Below, in pieces: positions 26,966-37,522 of a DNA stretch of 64,000 nucleotides. This DNA comes from a virus. The notes beneath the pieces were generated by a model that was given only the letters and a program-made list of their open reading frames with translations, ran no database searches and had not been told where the DNA came from. The DNA lies in IMG/VR virus record IMGVR_UViG_3300030098_005409, one strand, 5' to 3'. Each line of letters begins with the position of its first letter. Within the stretch, counting starts at the first letter, position 1. Made by a program: the position numbers and the translations under genes.

Positions 26966-28714
26966 CTAGCTTGTTGGGTTAACAACAAGGTCGCGACAGA
27001 TGACCAAACCATAAAGGTCTGGGCGAACCATCTTCTTAGCGTAACGGGTCATGACACCCTTGCGAGGTACAAAGTCCTCTACGCCGAAGATAGTAGGCGT
27101 TGTCTGCAGCGGCACGTAAGGTGCATAGACATAGCCACTTTCAAGGAAGCTACTACCGCGTCGGCCGACAAGGATCAGCTGGCGTGGGAAGTAAGGATCG
27201 ACAATAACGTCGAACTTCTTGGAGAGAGCGCCAACCTTAACGGCACCAATATCACCACGATCAGCATCAGCAGTAACGTTTGCACGGAAGCCGGCCGTGA
27301 ACTCAAGGATGTTGGCAACTTCTGGTCCGCAGACGACGAAGTTAGCAGCACCACGGAGTGTCTTACGGTGGATCTCAGCAGAAACTTCGTTGATTGTCTC
27401 AACGAGAGTCTCGTACCACTCGCTAACGTTACCAGTGAAGTCAGCAGTGCCAGAGGCCAAAATTTCACCCGTCAAGCGGTTAAGGAACCGTCCTGGGTTA
27501 CGTGACCAGTAGCGCGTGCCAGCTGTAGCACCACGAACAAGATCTTCAAGGATCTCACGATCGATCTCAAGGGCGATCTGCTCAGAAAGGATCTGAGTAA
27601 GCTCTACCTCGGCATCAAGGTTGTGGTAAGCGTTGAGATCCTGTCCCAACTCTGGAGTCCACTTAGCCTTGAGCTTCTTGGTGACGGCCGTGACAGCCAC
27701 GGAATCAACCTTGATGTCAATCTCTGGGATCTCTTCGTTGTTCTCAAGTCCCCAATTGGTCTGACCAATAACAGAACCAAGTGGTCCACCATCAACAAAG
27801 TTATCCACAATAGGAGCTGTGCAAGTGGTAACGCCATTAAGAGCTGTAGCAAGCTCCGCAGCAGTCTCAGAACCAGAGGCATTAACGATCAGAAGAACTC
27901 TGTCTTCATTCGTTGGGTCTTCGCGGGTAAGGCGACGAACCAAACGACCATCTGCAAGGTCACCAGCAGCACCTGGGGCAACTGTGATAGCAACATAATC
28001 CTCAAAGTTAAACTGACCTGTTGTTAGCGCACTCTTGTTAATAATAGCAGCTGCAATTGCGGAACCAGAAACTAGGTCCGGATCAAAATCAAGGAGATCC
28101 GATTTACGGAGATTAGGATACGCGGCCGCGGCGACGGTATCAGCAAGAACCTCAAATCCACCCTGCTCGCCAACGTTACCGGAAGCAACCAGTGTCGTCG
28201 CGATGGTGATCGACCCTGTTGGCGAAGAGTAACCGTTGTTAAGTGCGTATGGACCACGCTCGGCGTTTACTCCGTCAAGGAGAACACCACCGGTGATCTG
28301 CGCCGCAACTCGTCCACCACCGTATAGTGATGTATCGAATGGGTTTCCAAGACGATCTGCGGTGTTATTAAGAATACCACCGAAGGTGAAGTCAAGGAAG
28401 AAAATGAGACCCGATGGGAGACTCATTGGCTGAACGCTTACGAGATCGTTAGCGATCAAACTGCCGAATACTCGGCGTACTAGTGGGAATGCAACAGCTG
28501 CAAAACCCTCAACGTCTCCACCCGCCATGGATGAAGACTCACGGAGAAGCTCTTTTGCCTGATTCTCAAGCAAACGGGCCATACCGTTTCTCTGGGTATC
28601 ATCGGAAATGCCCTCTAGAAGACCAGTCTGCTCCCACTTAGAAATAAGTGCGGCACCCTCGGTCGAGAGGTCACGATTGACAATACCTTCAGTCAATCTT
28701 TCTACAATAGACAT
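26966..28714 (-). CDS. Major capsid protein (T4 gp23-like)
   Basis: KWEQTGLLEG, ARLLENQ, LVSVQPMSLPSGLIFF, KLKAKWTPELGQDL, EIDREIL, YAPYVPL, MTRYA. Confidence 0.96.
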   Translation of the reverse strand: MSIVERLTEGIVNRDLSTEGAALISKWEQTGLLEGISDDTQRNGMARLLENQAKELLRESSSMAGGDVEGFAAVAFPLVRRVFGSLIANDLVSVQPMSLPSGLIFFLDFTFGGILNNTADRLGNPFDTSLYGGGRVAAQITGGVLLDGVNAERGPYALNNGYSSPTGSITIATTLVASGNVGEQGGFEVLADTVAAAAYPNLRKSDLLDFDPDLVSGSAIAAAIINKSALTTGQFNFEDYVAITVAPGAAGDLADGRLVRRLTREDPTNEDRVLLIVNASGSETAAELATALNGVTTCTAPIVDNFVDGGPLGSVIGQTNWGLENNEEIPEIDIKVDSVAVTAVTKKLKAKWTPELGQDLNAYHNLDAEVELTQILSEQIALEIDREILEDLVRGATAGTRYWSRNPGRFLNRLTGEILASGTADFTGNVSEWYETLVETINEVSAEIHRKTLRGAANFVVCGPEVANILEFTAGFRANVTADADRGDIGAVKVGALSKKFDVIVDPYFPRQLILVGRRGSSFLESGYVYAPYVPLQTTPTIFGVEDFVPRKGVMTRYAKKMVRPDLYGLVICRDLVVNPTS

Positions 28715-28741
28715 TTTTTATATCCTCCTGAATGTTATTGT

Positions 28742-29800
28742 TTATTTATTCAAACCTGCTAAACGCAGCATACGACCCATAGATGGGTCCTTAGTTGCCT
28801 CGTTGTTTCTCTTAGAATTGATCAAAAGCGATGTAGGTCTTTGAACTGCTTCACGTAGTGTTTGTGGTCGTGTTCTCTGATCAGGAGATGACCCCACTGC
28901 GTTTTGAATTGTTTCAAAAATCATACTTGCTTCTTCAACAGAATTGGCAGATTGAACAGCTTCGACAATTTGTGTTTTTTGTCGCTCATTCAGGGAGGCG
29001 CTGCCCAAAGCCTTGTTTTGATAAACAAGCTTGGCGTTATCAAGATTCAACTTTGTAAGCTGATCCTTTGCTTCAACAATGAGAGCACGAAGCTCTCTGT
29101 TAGATTCTGTAAGTTCGGAGATCTTTGTCTCGTGAAGTTCAACTGGCACGACATCTGGTGCGGTATCTTCTTCAATCTCCTCTTCCTCTTCTTCCTCAAG
29201 GTGTGCTTCCTTAGCGGCTGCAATGGCATCATTGTTTGCCTGCTCAATGCTATTATAAGCACCACCGAGTGAAGAGAAGCCTGCTGGGGATGTGCCCATA
29301 TCCAGAACAAGCTCTTCTACTAATTCATTAATAAAGTCCTCGGACAAGTTAAGGTCCTCGTCTTCTTCTAGTGGCTCGACAGGAGTAGCACCTAGCTCGG
29401 CAGCGTCCTCCTCGGCATCGCGATCTGCCATCTTATCTAGTGGATCACCCTCGGCCATCTCGTCAGCCATCTCTAGGGCGTCATTGAGGGTATCTTCCTC
29501 TACAACTTCATCTTCCTCTTCTAATCGCGTCTTCAACGCGTCAAAGTCGATTTCAACGATTTCGTCTTCCGAGACCTCGTCCAGCTCTTCATTTTGAAAA
29601 GCGTATGGGACATCCTCTGTGAATTGTGTCTGGGTCTCGTCCACACCACCCTCTTCTAGGTCTTCCTGTTCTAGTAAAGTATCTAATGCTTTCTTAACTT
29701 CGCCAGAATACTTTTCCAATACAACATTCTCAGCATTCTTTAATGCTGCTTCCTTGAGGGCTTTGGCGTCTACGATCGCCTCTTCTAATAGTGAAGACAT
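28742..29800 (-). CDS. Prohead core scaffolding protein (gp22-like)
   Basis: Directly upstream of the capsid gene; MSSLLEEAIVDAKALKEAA, very acidic, coiled coil. Start moved to 29800. Confidence 0.8.
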   Translation of the reverse strand: MSSLLEEAIVDAKALKEAALKNAENVVLEKYSGEVKKALDTLLEQEDLEEGGVDETQTQFTEDVPYAFQNEELDEVSEDEIVEIDFDALKTRLEEEDEVVEEDTLNDALEMADEMAEGDPLDKMADRDAEEDAAELGATPVEPLEEDEDLNLSEDFINELVEELVLDMGTSPAGFSSLGGAYNSIEQANNDAIAAAKEAHLEEEEEEEIEEDTAPDVVPVELHETKISELTESNRELRALIVEAKDQLTKLNLDNAKLVYQNKALGSASLNERQKTQIVEAVQSANSVEEASMIFETIQNAVGSSPDQRTRPQTLREAVQRPTSLLINSKRNNEATKDPSMGRMLRLAGLNK

Positions 29801-29835
29801 AAAAATTAACTCCAAACACGATAGCTCGTCAAAAA

Positions 29836-29843
29836 TAAATAGT
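29836..29843 (-). promoter_or_regulatory. ACTATTTA motif upstream of scaffold/capsid genes
   Basis: About 36 nt upstream of 29800. Confidence 0.55.
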
Positions 29844-29882
29844 GTTTTATTTTTCTAAATGACAAAACTATTGGAATTAGAA

Positions 29883-30602
29883 TTACGGTAGGGCGATCCG
29901 TTGATACCCTTTAAATTTCCAATCAGTGATAGCCCACGTAGCCCCAGTTCCACCAATTGATAGATAAGCGTAACGTGCCCCACCAGCACGATCCCACTTC
30001 TCAGCAGTTCCGAAAGTGCTATACGAAGGTGTCGCGCCGCTGCCGCCTTCATACCAAGTGATTGTTTCACCAATAATTGTAAAACGAATCCATTGAAAGT
30101 CAGTGACCGTTACGGATGATGTTCCAGACACAGCGTCAATATCGCCCTGCCCCCCAGCATATGCTGCAAGCCCGACGCCACGACCTACACGAATACCAAC
30201 AATGCCGCCTTCATTTGAGGCTGCGTCGTTACCTGCCCCTACTCCCATGAACAACTGGGTTGTCCCACCAGAACTTGAGGATTTAACGCGTGCTTCTACA
30301 TCCACATCGCCTATCAGCGCGTCGGGCCACCATATGCGCGCGGCGAGGGCCCAGGCTGAACCGTTGGCGCATTCATCTGAAGTATCGTTCTCTATTGCCA
30401 GCTTTGACCCGTCGTCAGTGATGGACTGGAAGTGCTCACCAGGGTCATGAACTTTTGCCCCACTGGCTAGCGTGGCGTCAAGTGTTGCACCATCTGCTAT
30501 ACTGGACGGGGTACCACTAGCAGGACGCAGAACTTTTTCTAATAATTGCGGTCCGGTACTGGACTGGAGCAGCCAAATTCCATTTTCTAATACTAGTGCC
30601 AT
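29883..30602 (-). CDS. Putative virion beta-sandwich / lectin-like protein
   Basis: Gly/Ser-rich with beta-strand pattern; N-terminus MALVLENGIWLL is paralogous to the next gene. Confidence 0.5.
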   Translation of the reverse strand: MALVLENGIWLLQSSTGPQLLEKVLRPASGTPSSIADGATLDATLASGAKVHDPGEHFQSITDDGSKLAIENDTSDECANGSAWALAARIWWPDALIGDVDVEARVKSSSSGGTTQLFMGVGAGNDAASNEGGIVGIRVGRGVGLAAYAGGQGDIDAVSGTSSVTVTDFQWIRFTIIGETITWYEGGSGATPSYSTFGTAEKWDRAGGARYAYLSIGGTGATWAITDWKFKGYQRIALP

Positions 30603-30639
30603 CTTGTGTTCCTCTTGGCTTGTAAAACATACTTAAACA

Positions 30640-31470
30640 TCATTCTAAACGAAGAACAATAAATTCCGTAAACACGGCTTCTATGCCAGTTCCACTACTA
30701 ACCTCAAAACAAAATGGACCGACAGCCCACTTATTATAGGTCATAATAAGGTGAGTGTCTGCAGGACCTGGGTTATCCGTGTGTCGAGTGCTGGAATTAT
30801 TCCATACAGCAGTGCTGTGGATCGTATCCCAGTCATCGTCGGACTTTGGAATTGGGAACTTGGTCGATGGTTCTGTGGTCCAGTTGAAGGTTCCCCCGCG
30901 AGTCCGGACCTCGCCACCAGGGTAAATGGTCATGATCACGCAATCAGCATCAACTCCGGTATAGCTAACATCATACTCTGTACCGTCGCTAACGTCGTAT
31001 TTTTTTCCGGAGACAAAGAGTGGGCCTGATTTACAAAATCTATCATTTTGAGGGGAAAGTGTTCCAGAGTTTGCGGCCATAACCATGCCAAAAGAATCAA
31101 AGTCAGCCTGAATACCTGTGGAACTTGTCATGCGCAAAATACAAGCCACAGTTTGTGTGGTTGGATCCCAGCCATCAACTAAGTCGTTGAGTTCGCACAT
31201 AATACGAGGGCACGTATCTCCACTCGAAAACAAGTTTGATCCATTTGAAGGATCAATCTTAAGACCGTTGTTGATTAGAAGGGTTGACGCGTTGCCTTTA
31301 TTTACTACAGACCACGTCGAGCCAGAGATTACCAAAGTATCCCCTTCTGTTTTAAAATTATGCGCAGAAACTTCTTTGAAATTAACTCTATATACCTCGC
31401 GCCATTGTCTCGCTTCGGGATTACCATTGTTAACCAATTGCCAAGTTCCGTCATTTAACACTAATGCCAT
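30640..31470 (-). CDS. Putative virion beta-sandwich / lectin-like protein
   Basis: N-terminus MALVLNDGTWQL; beta-rich. Confidence 0.5.
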   Translation of the reverse strand: MALVLNDGTWQLVNNGNPEARQWREVYRVNFKEVSAHNFKTEGDTLVISGSTWSVVNKGNASTLLINNGLKIDPSNGSNLFSSGDTCPRIMCELNDLVDGWDPTTQTVACILRMTSSTGIQADFDSFGMVMAANSGTLSPQNDRFCKSGPLFVSGKKYDVSDGTEYDVSYTGVDADCVIMTIYPGGEVRTRGGTFNWTTEPSTKFPIPKSDDDWDTIHSTAVWNNSSTRHTDNPGPADTHLIMTYNKWAVGPFCFEVSSGTGIEAVFTEFIVLRLE

Positions 31471-31481
31471 CTTATGCCCTC

Positions 31482-33158
31482 TTATGTTGTTGAAGTAATT
31501 CCCCAGCCGAAGCCGCCCATTGATGACGAGAATGCTGTTATTGTTAGTGCGCCGTAATCTGTTTGAATCTTAGCCTGGGTGGCGCCATCAATCTTTTGCG
31601 AACCAGAGGCTGCTACCACCACATTGTTGGTTGACCCCGACCCGGCGATGTCCTTAACAGTATAGGTTAGTCCCACATCGGCAGCCGAGGTAACCCCAGG
31701 AAGCGATCCGGTAATCGCTGAGCCGGTGGAATTAACAATAAATGTTCTAAAATTTTGAATATTGAAGTTTGCTGTTTTTTCGTCGGAAACACCGAAAGTA
31801 ACGTTGCCCTTGGCAGTTAGATTACCGGATCCTGACACATCGCCATCTTTCGACAATGACACGACGGTATTGGAGCCGGCTTGATCGTCAAAGACATTAA
31901 TCGGACAACCAAAGGCGCTCACGCCATCAGATGTACTGGCTACGAACTCGACACCGGCTGAAGCCGATAGAGTGACACTGCCGGCATCATGACCTATGAC
32001 AAAAAAGTCGCCGCCGTCGATCAAGGTTCCTATAGTTCGCGAAGTTCCGGAGCCAACAAAAATATCTTCTCCGATTGCAGCAGAAGCAGATACTCTCATG
32101 CCGACAGATGCCGTTAAAGATCCAGAAACATAGACCACATCGCTACCTTCGGCCCCTAGAATAAGTTCATCTTGTCCATTCTCGTCAAGGATGATAAAAG
32201 ATTTACCGCCAGCTTCAATCGATATTGAATCAGAACCTCTACCGGCAGCACCAAATCTGATTCTTGTGTCAGGGTCTCCGTTGGAGGCTACATACCCCAC
32301 TCCCGTGCCCGGACCAACCTTAACTTGACCCTCAACGACCGCATCGCTTGTAAGATTAAGAGTGGTTGAATATAAATTAGAAGCAGAAAGATTGGTGGAA
32401 GCGGAAACCTCAGTTCCCCCTTGAAGTGCAAGTTTACCGCCGCTATTAATATCTAGATTGGTACCATTGCGAGTGATTTTGTGAGCGTCTCCGGAGCCAA
32501 AGAAGAAGGAATTACCTCCCTGAATATAGTATTCAGAAGCTGATATGGAGGTGGACGCTGAGATCTCGCCCAGTTGGGTTATCTTAGCCGCAACTGTGCT
32601 GCCCTCCTGAGTAGTATATATAAATACTGGGCTCCCGAAGGAACCAACACCATCAGACCCACCAACAAACTCAACGCCATTTGACGCTGATAGAGTAATT
32701 GCGCCGTCGTCATGACCCATGACAAAGAAGTCGTCACTGCCGTCAATTAAAGTTCCTATGGTACGAGTAGTCCCGGAACCGACAAAAATGTCTTGGCCAT
32801 TCGGAGTTGAGGCCGATAAAAGTGTGGTACCTGATACAAAAAGCTTTGTTCGATCTGAACTAACCGAAAAATTAGCAGAACCTGAGATTTCCCCAGATAT
32901 TGGAGAATCTCTTCTGAATTGTAGGGAAAACTCTGGGCCGTCGGCCACATTAACAGCAGAAGCTGTAAGCCCTGTTAAATTAGAGCCGTCGCCATAAAAT
33001 GCAGAAGCAGAGATATTTACGGATGCCGATAGAGATCCTGCCCCATTGGTTGACAATAATGTTGAGCCGCTAAAAGATCCGGCGCTATTAAATTGTATTG
33101 ATCCGGTGGGGCCCCCTGGTGTTCCACCGCCTCCTCCTCCGTATACCCATGCTGACAT
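31482..33158 (-). CDS. Fibre-like virion protein with an internal duplicated module
   Basis: Two copies of DIFVGSGT.RTIGTLIDG.DFFV.GHD.G..TLSAS; SAS/SGS-rich; C-terminal module shared with the other fibre genes. Confidence 0.65.
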   Translation of the reverse strand: MSAWVYGGGGGGTPGGPTGSIQFNSAGSFSGSTLLSTNGAGSLSASVNISASAFYGDGSNLTGLTASAVNVADGPEFSLQFRRDSPISGEISGSANFSVSSDRTKLFVSGTTLLSASTPNGQDIFVGSGTTRTIGTLIDGSDDFFVMGHDDGAITLSASNGVEFVGGSDGVGSFGSPVFIYTTQEGSTVAAKITQLGEISASTSISASEYYIQGGNSFFFGSGDAHKITRNGTNLDINSGGKLALQGGTEVSASTNLSASNLYSTTLNLTSDAVVEGQVKVGPGTGVGYVASNGDPDTRIRFGAAGRGSDSISIEAGGKSFIILDENGQDELILGAEGSDVVYVSGSLTASVGMRVSASAAIGEDIFVGSGTSRTIGTLIDGGDFFVIGHDAGSVTLSASAGVEFVASTSDGVSAFGCPINVFDDQAGSNTVVSLSKDGDVSGSGNLTAKGNVTFGVSDEKTANFNIQNFRTFIVNSTGSAITGSLPGVTSAADVGLTYTVKDIAGSGSTNNVVVAASGSQKIDGATQAKIQTDYGALTITAFSSSMGGFGWGITSTT

Positions 33159-33180
33159 ATTAAATTTTCTCCTGCTTCCT

Positions 33181-33188
33181 TAAATAGT
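33181..33188 (-). promoter_or_regulatory. ACTATTTA motif
   Basis: About 23 nt upstream of 33158. Confidence 0.55.
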
Positions 33189-33199
33189 TGCCCAAAACT

Positions 33200-33230
33200 A
33201 AAAAGGGAGCCCCCCTTTCGGAGGACTCCC
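33200..33230 (-). terminator. Intrinsic terminator
   Basis: GGGAGTCCTCC-GAAA-GGGGGGCTCCC-TTTT. Confidence 0.75.
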
Positions 33231-33264
33231 AAATTATTAGCAGGATTAACCAGCTAGTTCTAGA

Positions 33265-35430
33265 CTAGACGATTCTCCAGTTGTTTGCTACAACGTATAC
33301 CAAAGACACAGCAGCGAATGGGGACTCAAGGTCAATGGTAGTTTCACCATCGACTGTGTGAGAACCCTGGCAGCTGATTCTAAGGATGCGGCTGTTGGTA
33401 ATGTTACCAGCCTTGACGTGCACAACATCACCCACGGATGGGGATGCTGGAAGGTCAACGCCTACGTTACCCGCTGAAATGTCAGCAAAGTAGTTGTAAC
33501 CTTCTGCAAGTGTATCACCATCAGCCTTAAGAGCGACGGAGTTACCCTGAACAGCTAGAACACCGGAAGTAGCGCTGAGACCAGCACCAGCCATGGCAGT
33601 TACGAGGTCAGCAATGCTTTCCTTCTTGGCGTCACCAGTGGCACCACCATCAAGGAACATGATGTAGTCAGATCCAACTGCTACAGCTTCTTCGCCCAAC
33701 AATCCTGGACCATCAAGGAACAGGTTATCAACACCAATCTTCTTGAGTGTTCCACCATCGGAGATCAAAAGCTCGTCGGCGGCCGCAAGACCGTCTGCAG
33801 CTAGCTCTGTCTGGCCGCTAATGACGTTGTCGTTAAGCATTCCGCTTTCGACCGCATCGTTAGCAATTGTCAGAGCACCACCAGCGGCGATTGTAGCATC
33901 ACCGGAGACGTTGCCGAAGATTGAATCCTCAAAATTAGAGAAAGTAACCTTCTTGACAGTTCCTGGACCATCATCAAGCATCAGCAAGTCAGCCTGAGCA
34001 ACAGTGGCTCCACCGAGAGCAGCCTGACCGGAGATGATGTCCTCGGCAAGCATTCCGTGCTCAACGGCACCAGCGGCGATCGTAAGAGCACCACCGGCAG
34101 CGATTGTAGCGTCACCGGAAACAGCACTGAAGTAAAGGTCACGAATATCTCCGAGAGACTCCTTCTTCATACGAGTGTCATCACTTGCGTCCTGGAACAA
34201 CACTAAGTCTGCTGCGACTGCAACAGCTGCTGGTGCAGCCGTATCACCGACAAAGAAACCCATCTCGGCATTGCCAGCGCTGTACTCAACAACTTGGAAC
34301 ACTGGGTTGGCACTTGCATCTTCAATGCTGATCATACCGTCACCAATTGCGACGGAACCAGAAGCACTGGAGCTAACCATCAAAGAAAGGTAACCATCTT
34401 CGCGCGCATCATCATAAACCAATTCAGCCTGATCTTCTAGAAGACCGGACGAACCAGCTGTAACAAGACGACCCTGTGTAAGGGACGAGAGTGTAGCCTT
34501 GCGACCACTGATGTCGCGGAGACCCGAAACATCCTTGTTTGCGTCAAGAACAACAGCCTTAGAAGCCGCAGCAGTACCGTTAGTGATACCGTCAAGCTTC
34601 TCCATGTCAGCTTCGTTAAGATCGGCAGAACCGATAACGAACGAAGTTCCAGCAGTGATTGAGCTAGCAGCCACAATTGTGCTAGAAGCATCAATTGCAC
34701 CGTTAATGTCAACGGTTGTAGCGTTGATTTCAATCTCTGTGTCAGCTACAAGGTCAAGAACACCGTCAGCGGACTGGTGAATGTAAGTTCCGCTGTCGCC
34801 AAACTGCAGCTGGCGGCTGGAGTTCAGAAGAAGACCAGTGTCAGCAACGTGAGTAAGGCTAACGTCCTTATCTGCACCAAAGTTCAAAAGCGCGGCATCA
34901 GAAAGCAGATCAAGATCGTCACCGATCACTGCGCTCTTGGCAACAGACAAGCCACCATCGGTCTGTAAAGAACCGTCTGTGGTTGAAGTAGCTTCGGTAG
35001 CATCATCAACGATGACGCGTCCGCTAGTTGTAAGCTGCACGGCACCAACGTTACGGATACCAGAAGCATCCTTATTGCTATCAAGAACAAGAGCCTTAGA
35101 AGCTGCTGCAGTACCAGCGGTAATACCGTCGATCTGCTCCATGTCGGCTTCGTTCAGGTCGGCAGAGCCAATGATGAACGAAGTTCCGGCAGTAATAGCT
35201 CCGGTACCAGTGACATTACGGTAACCTGTAACATCCTTGTTGCTGTCTACAACAACTACTTTAGAAGCAGCTACTGTACCAGCCGAGACGCCGTCAAGCA
35301 TCTCAAGCTCGGCTTCTGTCAACGAAGCGTTACCAATAACAACTTCGAATCCGGAAGCAAGCTCTACATTACCCTCCTGGAGAAGGGCACCTGAAAGGAT
35401 CGCAGATCCTCTTTGGAATTTATAAGCCAT
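33265..35430 (-). CDS. Repeat-containing fibre / decoration protein
   Basis: Three copies of IG.A.L.EA..E.(L/I)DG...GT.AASK..V.D.NKD; two copies of VSGDATIAAGGALTIA...SGQ; shared C-terminal module. Own terminator and GGAGG RBS. Confidence 0.7.
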   Translation of the reverse strand: MAYKFQRGSAILSGALLQEGNVELASGFEVVIGNASLTEAELEMLDGVSAGTVAASKVVVVDSNKDVTGYRNVTGTGAITAGTSFIIGSADLNEADMEQIDGITAGTAAASKALVLDSNKDASGIRNVGAVQLTTSGRVIVDDATEATSTTDGSLQTDGGLSVAKSAVIGDDLDLLSDAALLNFGADKDVSLTHVADTGLLLNSSRQLQFGDSGTYIHQSADGVLDLVADTEIEINATTVDINGAIDASSTIVAASSITAGTSFVIGSADLNEADMEKLDGITNGTAAASKAVVLDANKDVSGLRDISGRKATLSSLTQGRLVTAGSSGLLEDQAELVYDDAREDGYLSLMVSSSASGSVAIGDGMISIEDASANPVFQVVEYSAGNAEMGFFVGDTAAPAAVAVAADLVLFQDASDDTRMKKESLGDIRDLYFSAVSGDATIAAGGALTIAAGAVEHGMLAEDIISGQAALGGATVAQADLLMLDDGPGTVKKVTFSNFEDSIFGNVSGDATIAAGGALTIANDAVESGMLNDNVISGQTELAADGLAAADELLISDGGTLKKIGVDNLFLDGPGLLGEEAVAVGSDYIMFLDGGATGDAKKESIADLVTAMAGAGLSATSGVLAVQGNSVALKADGDTLAEGYNYFADISAGNVGVDLPASPSVGDVVHVKAGNITNSRILRISCQGSHTVDGETTIDLESPFAAVSLVYVVANNWRIV

Positions 35431-35580
35431 TTTTTAATTTCCTCCTATTAAATGACCGAGACAATAATCATAAATTTAGGGTATCACTACGGAGGAGAGA
35501 GAATCTAAAATATACCCACATCAGTCTCTTGAAATATATACCCGTTGGACGAACGAGAATCAGAAATATTTTAAATTATT

Positions 35581-37509
35581 TTAGTAGATATACCAATCGG
35601 ATCCATCGGTGTATAAAAAGACTGATCCGTAAGGTGATTCAAGGTGTATCGCTGGAGCGCCGTCAATCGTTTGTGATCCTGCAGGGTTAAGAATTACGGA
35701 GGTTGCAGAAGACGCCTGACCAGACTCATCTTTAACAATTAAAGTTTGCCCCGCAGAAAAATCTGTGGCATTAAATAAAATGTTTGTTGGAACTGCTGAC
35801 ACACCAATAATATAATTTCCAGCTGACGCAGTATAGCTTGTTGCTACTGACACTCTGTTGTGTACTAATCCACCATCAACAGTCAGCCTATTATTACTAA
35901 CACTGTACGACACCTTTGTTGTGCCACTAATTTCATTTGAAATTGGATTGTCAACCCTAAACTGAAGGGCTCCTACTGGACCATCTCCTGTAGTGATAGC
36001 CGAGGCTGTAACGTTTGTAAGGTGCCTGCCGTCACCATAATAAAAATCACCATAGTAAAGTGACGATGAAACATGCGCAGAGGCTGTTACATTACTAAAC
36101 TGTCCAGCGCTAGCGGACATCTTGGTGGTACCATCTTCAGCTACGTCGCCCAAGCTGGCGACGACCTGACTAACATTGCTTGGGTCTCTAATCTCAATAG
36201 CTCCAGCAATCTTTAGAGGCGAACCACCGACAACTGTGCCCTTAACCGTAAGATCGCCTGCTACCAAAACATCCGCCGAGGCTGACACACTACCGATCAC
36301 GGTCAACTCATGAGAGGGATCTGCCGTTCCAACGCCTACCTTGCCGGATCCAGTTACAACCAATATATCTGCTGCAGCAGAACTGGAAACCTGTAATAAG
36401 TTTTGGTTTCCGGATCCTGATATGTAAATTCTTGCCGGTATTGGCTCCCCTGCTGCGCCGTCGCGGAATGCCATATTACCATCAGAATTCATTTGCCAGC
36501 GAACTGTTGCGCTGTCAAAATCATTATTTTGTGTTTGAAATTTCAGCATACCATTAGAGGATTGTATTTGGTACTGAGTCGTTTGGTCAGTCTCAAAAAA
36601 CTGGATCCTTGGACGTAACCCTGTAAAACGAATTGCTGGGCTGTTGTCGACAGAACTGGTTCCTATTTCTAAAGTTACATCTGGGGTAGATGTGTTTATG
36701 CCTAGACGCCCAGAGCCAGTTAAGAAGACTAGATTACTATCCCCCGTAAATGCACCAGATCCAGACTGCAATTGCACTGCGCCGATAATACCGTCAGCGG
36801 ATTCGCCAGTTGCTGAAATAGTGAGCGTGCTGTTGGGCCCGCCATCAACAAACTCCACACCTGTGCCGGCGGCGAGCCTTCTTTCATTTGGTAACTTAAT
36901 TTCGGAATTAAGTGTAATATACGATGCTTCCAGGGGCGGGTACGGCACATCACGAGGTGCTGGGGAAGATACATCTGTTTCTTCCTGTTGGCTTAGAGTT
37001 GGACGATCTATTGCCGGTGTTACTCTAAACGCGCCAGCGCGGGCTCTCACACACTCGGCGCTAATTTGAAACTTGTGCTCTATCTGTCCAAAATAATAGC
37101 GAGTATCATTGTAGGTTTTAACAATCTCATAGAATATATCACCATACTGAATAAAGTCGCCAACGCGAACAAATAGATTCTGATCCTCTACAAGTCTGCG
37201 GCGGTGGAAGTTAACTGTTAGTTTAGTTTGATATTCATAACCATACTTTGTATTGGTTTGATTATTCTCAACTTCAACATATGCAAACACCCGCACCGGC
37301 GGCAATGATACTTTCTCTTTTGCCTCGCCGTAAATATCATTGAAGTTTGATTCTTCAATACTTATAGGATAGTAAGCTATTGTTTGACCAAGAACTCTTT
37401 CGGCAAGTTCATCGTTGACTTGCTTTACGAGATTACGTTCTTTTTCCCCAAAGAACATTGGTGCCGGTGGCGCCCCAGGTCTTGTCCATTTATTTTTTGG
37501 ATCGGACAT
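35581..37509 (-). CDS. Head-closure (gp14-like) domain fused to fibre modules
   Basis: First ~163 aa are about 80% identical (manual count) to 37523-38038, followed by GINTSTP/GVGTADP fibre repeats and a C-terminal module. Confidence 0.8.
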   Translation of the reverse strand: MSDPKNKWTRPGAPPAPMFFGEKERNLVKQVNDELAERVLGQTIAYYPISIEESNFNDIYGEAKEKVSLPPVRVFAYVEVENNQTNTKYGYEYQTKLTVNFHRRRLVEDQNLFVRVGDFIQYGDIFYEIVKTYNDTRYYFGQIEHKFQISAECVRARAGAFRVTPAIDRPTLSQQEETDVSSPAPRDVPYPPLEASYITLNSEIKLPNERRLAAGTGVEFVDGGPNSTLTISATGESADGIIGAVQLQSGSGAFTGDSNLVFLTGSGRLGINTSTPDVTLEIGTSSVDNSPAIRFTGLRPRIQFFETDQTTQYQIQSSNGMLKFQTQNNDFDSATVRWQMNSDGNMAFRDGAAGEPIPARIYISGSGNQNLLQVSSSAAADILVVTGSGKVGVGTADPSHELTVIGSVSASADVLVAGDLTVKGTVVGGSPLKIAGAIEIRDPSNVSQVVASLGDVAEDGTTKMSASAGQFSNVTASAHVSSSLYYGDFYYGDGRHLTNVTASAITTGDGPVGALQFRVDNPISNEISGTTKVSYSVSNNRLTVDGGLVHNRVSVATSYTASAGNYIIGVSAVPTNILFNATDFSAGQTLIVKDESGQASSATSVILNPAGSQTIDGAPAIHLESPYGSVFLYTDGSDWYIY

Positions 37510-37522
37510 TCACTCGTTACTC

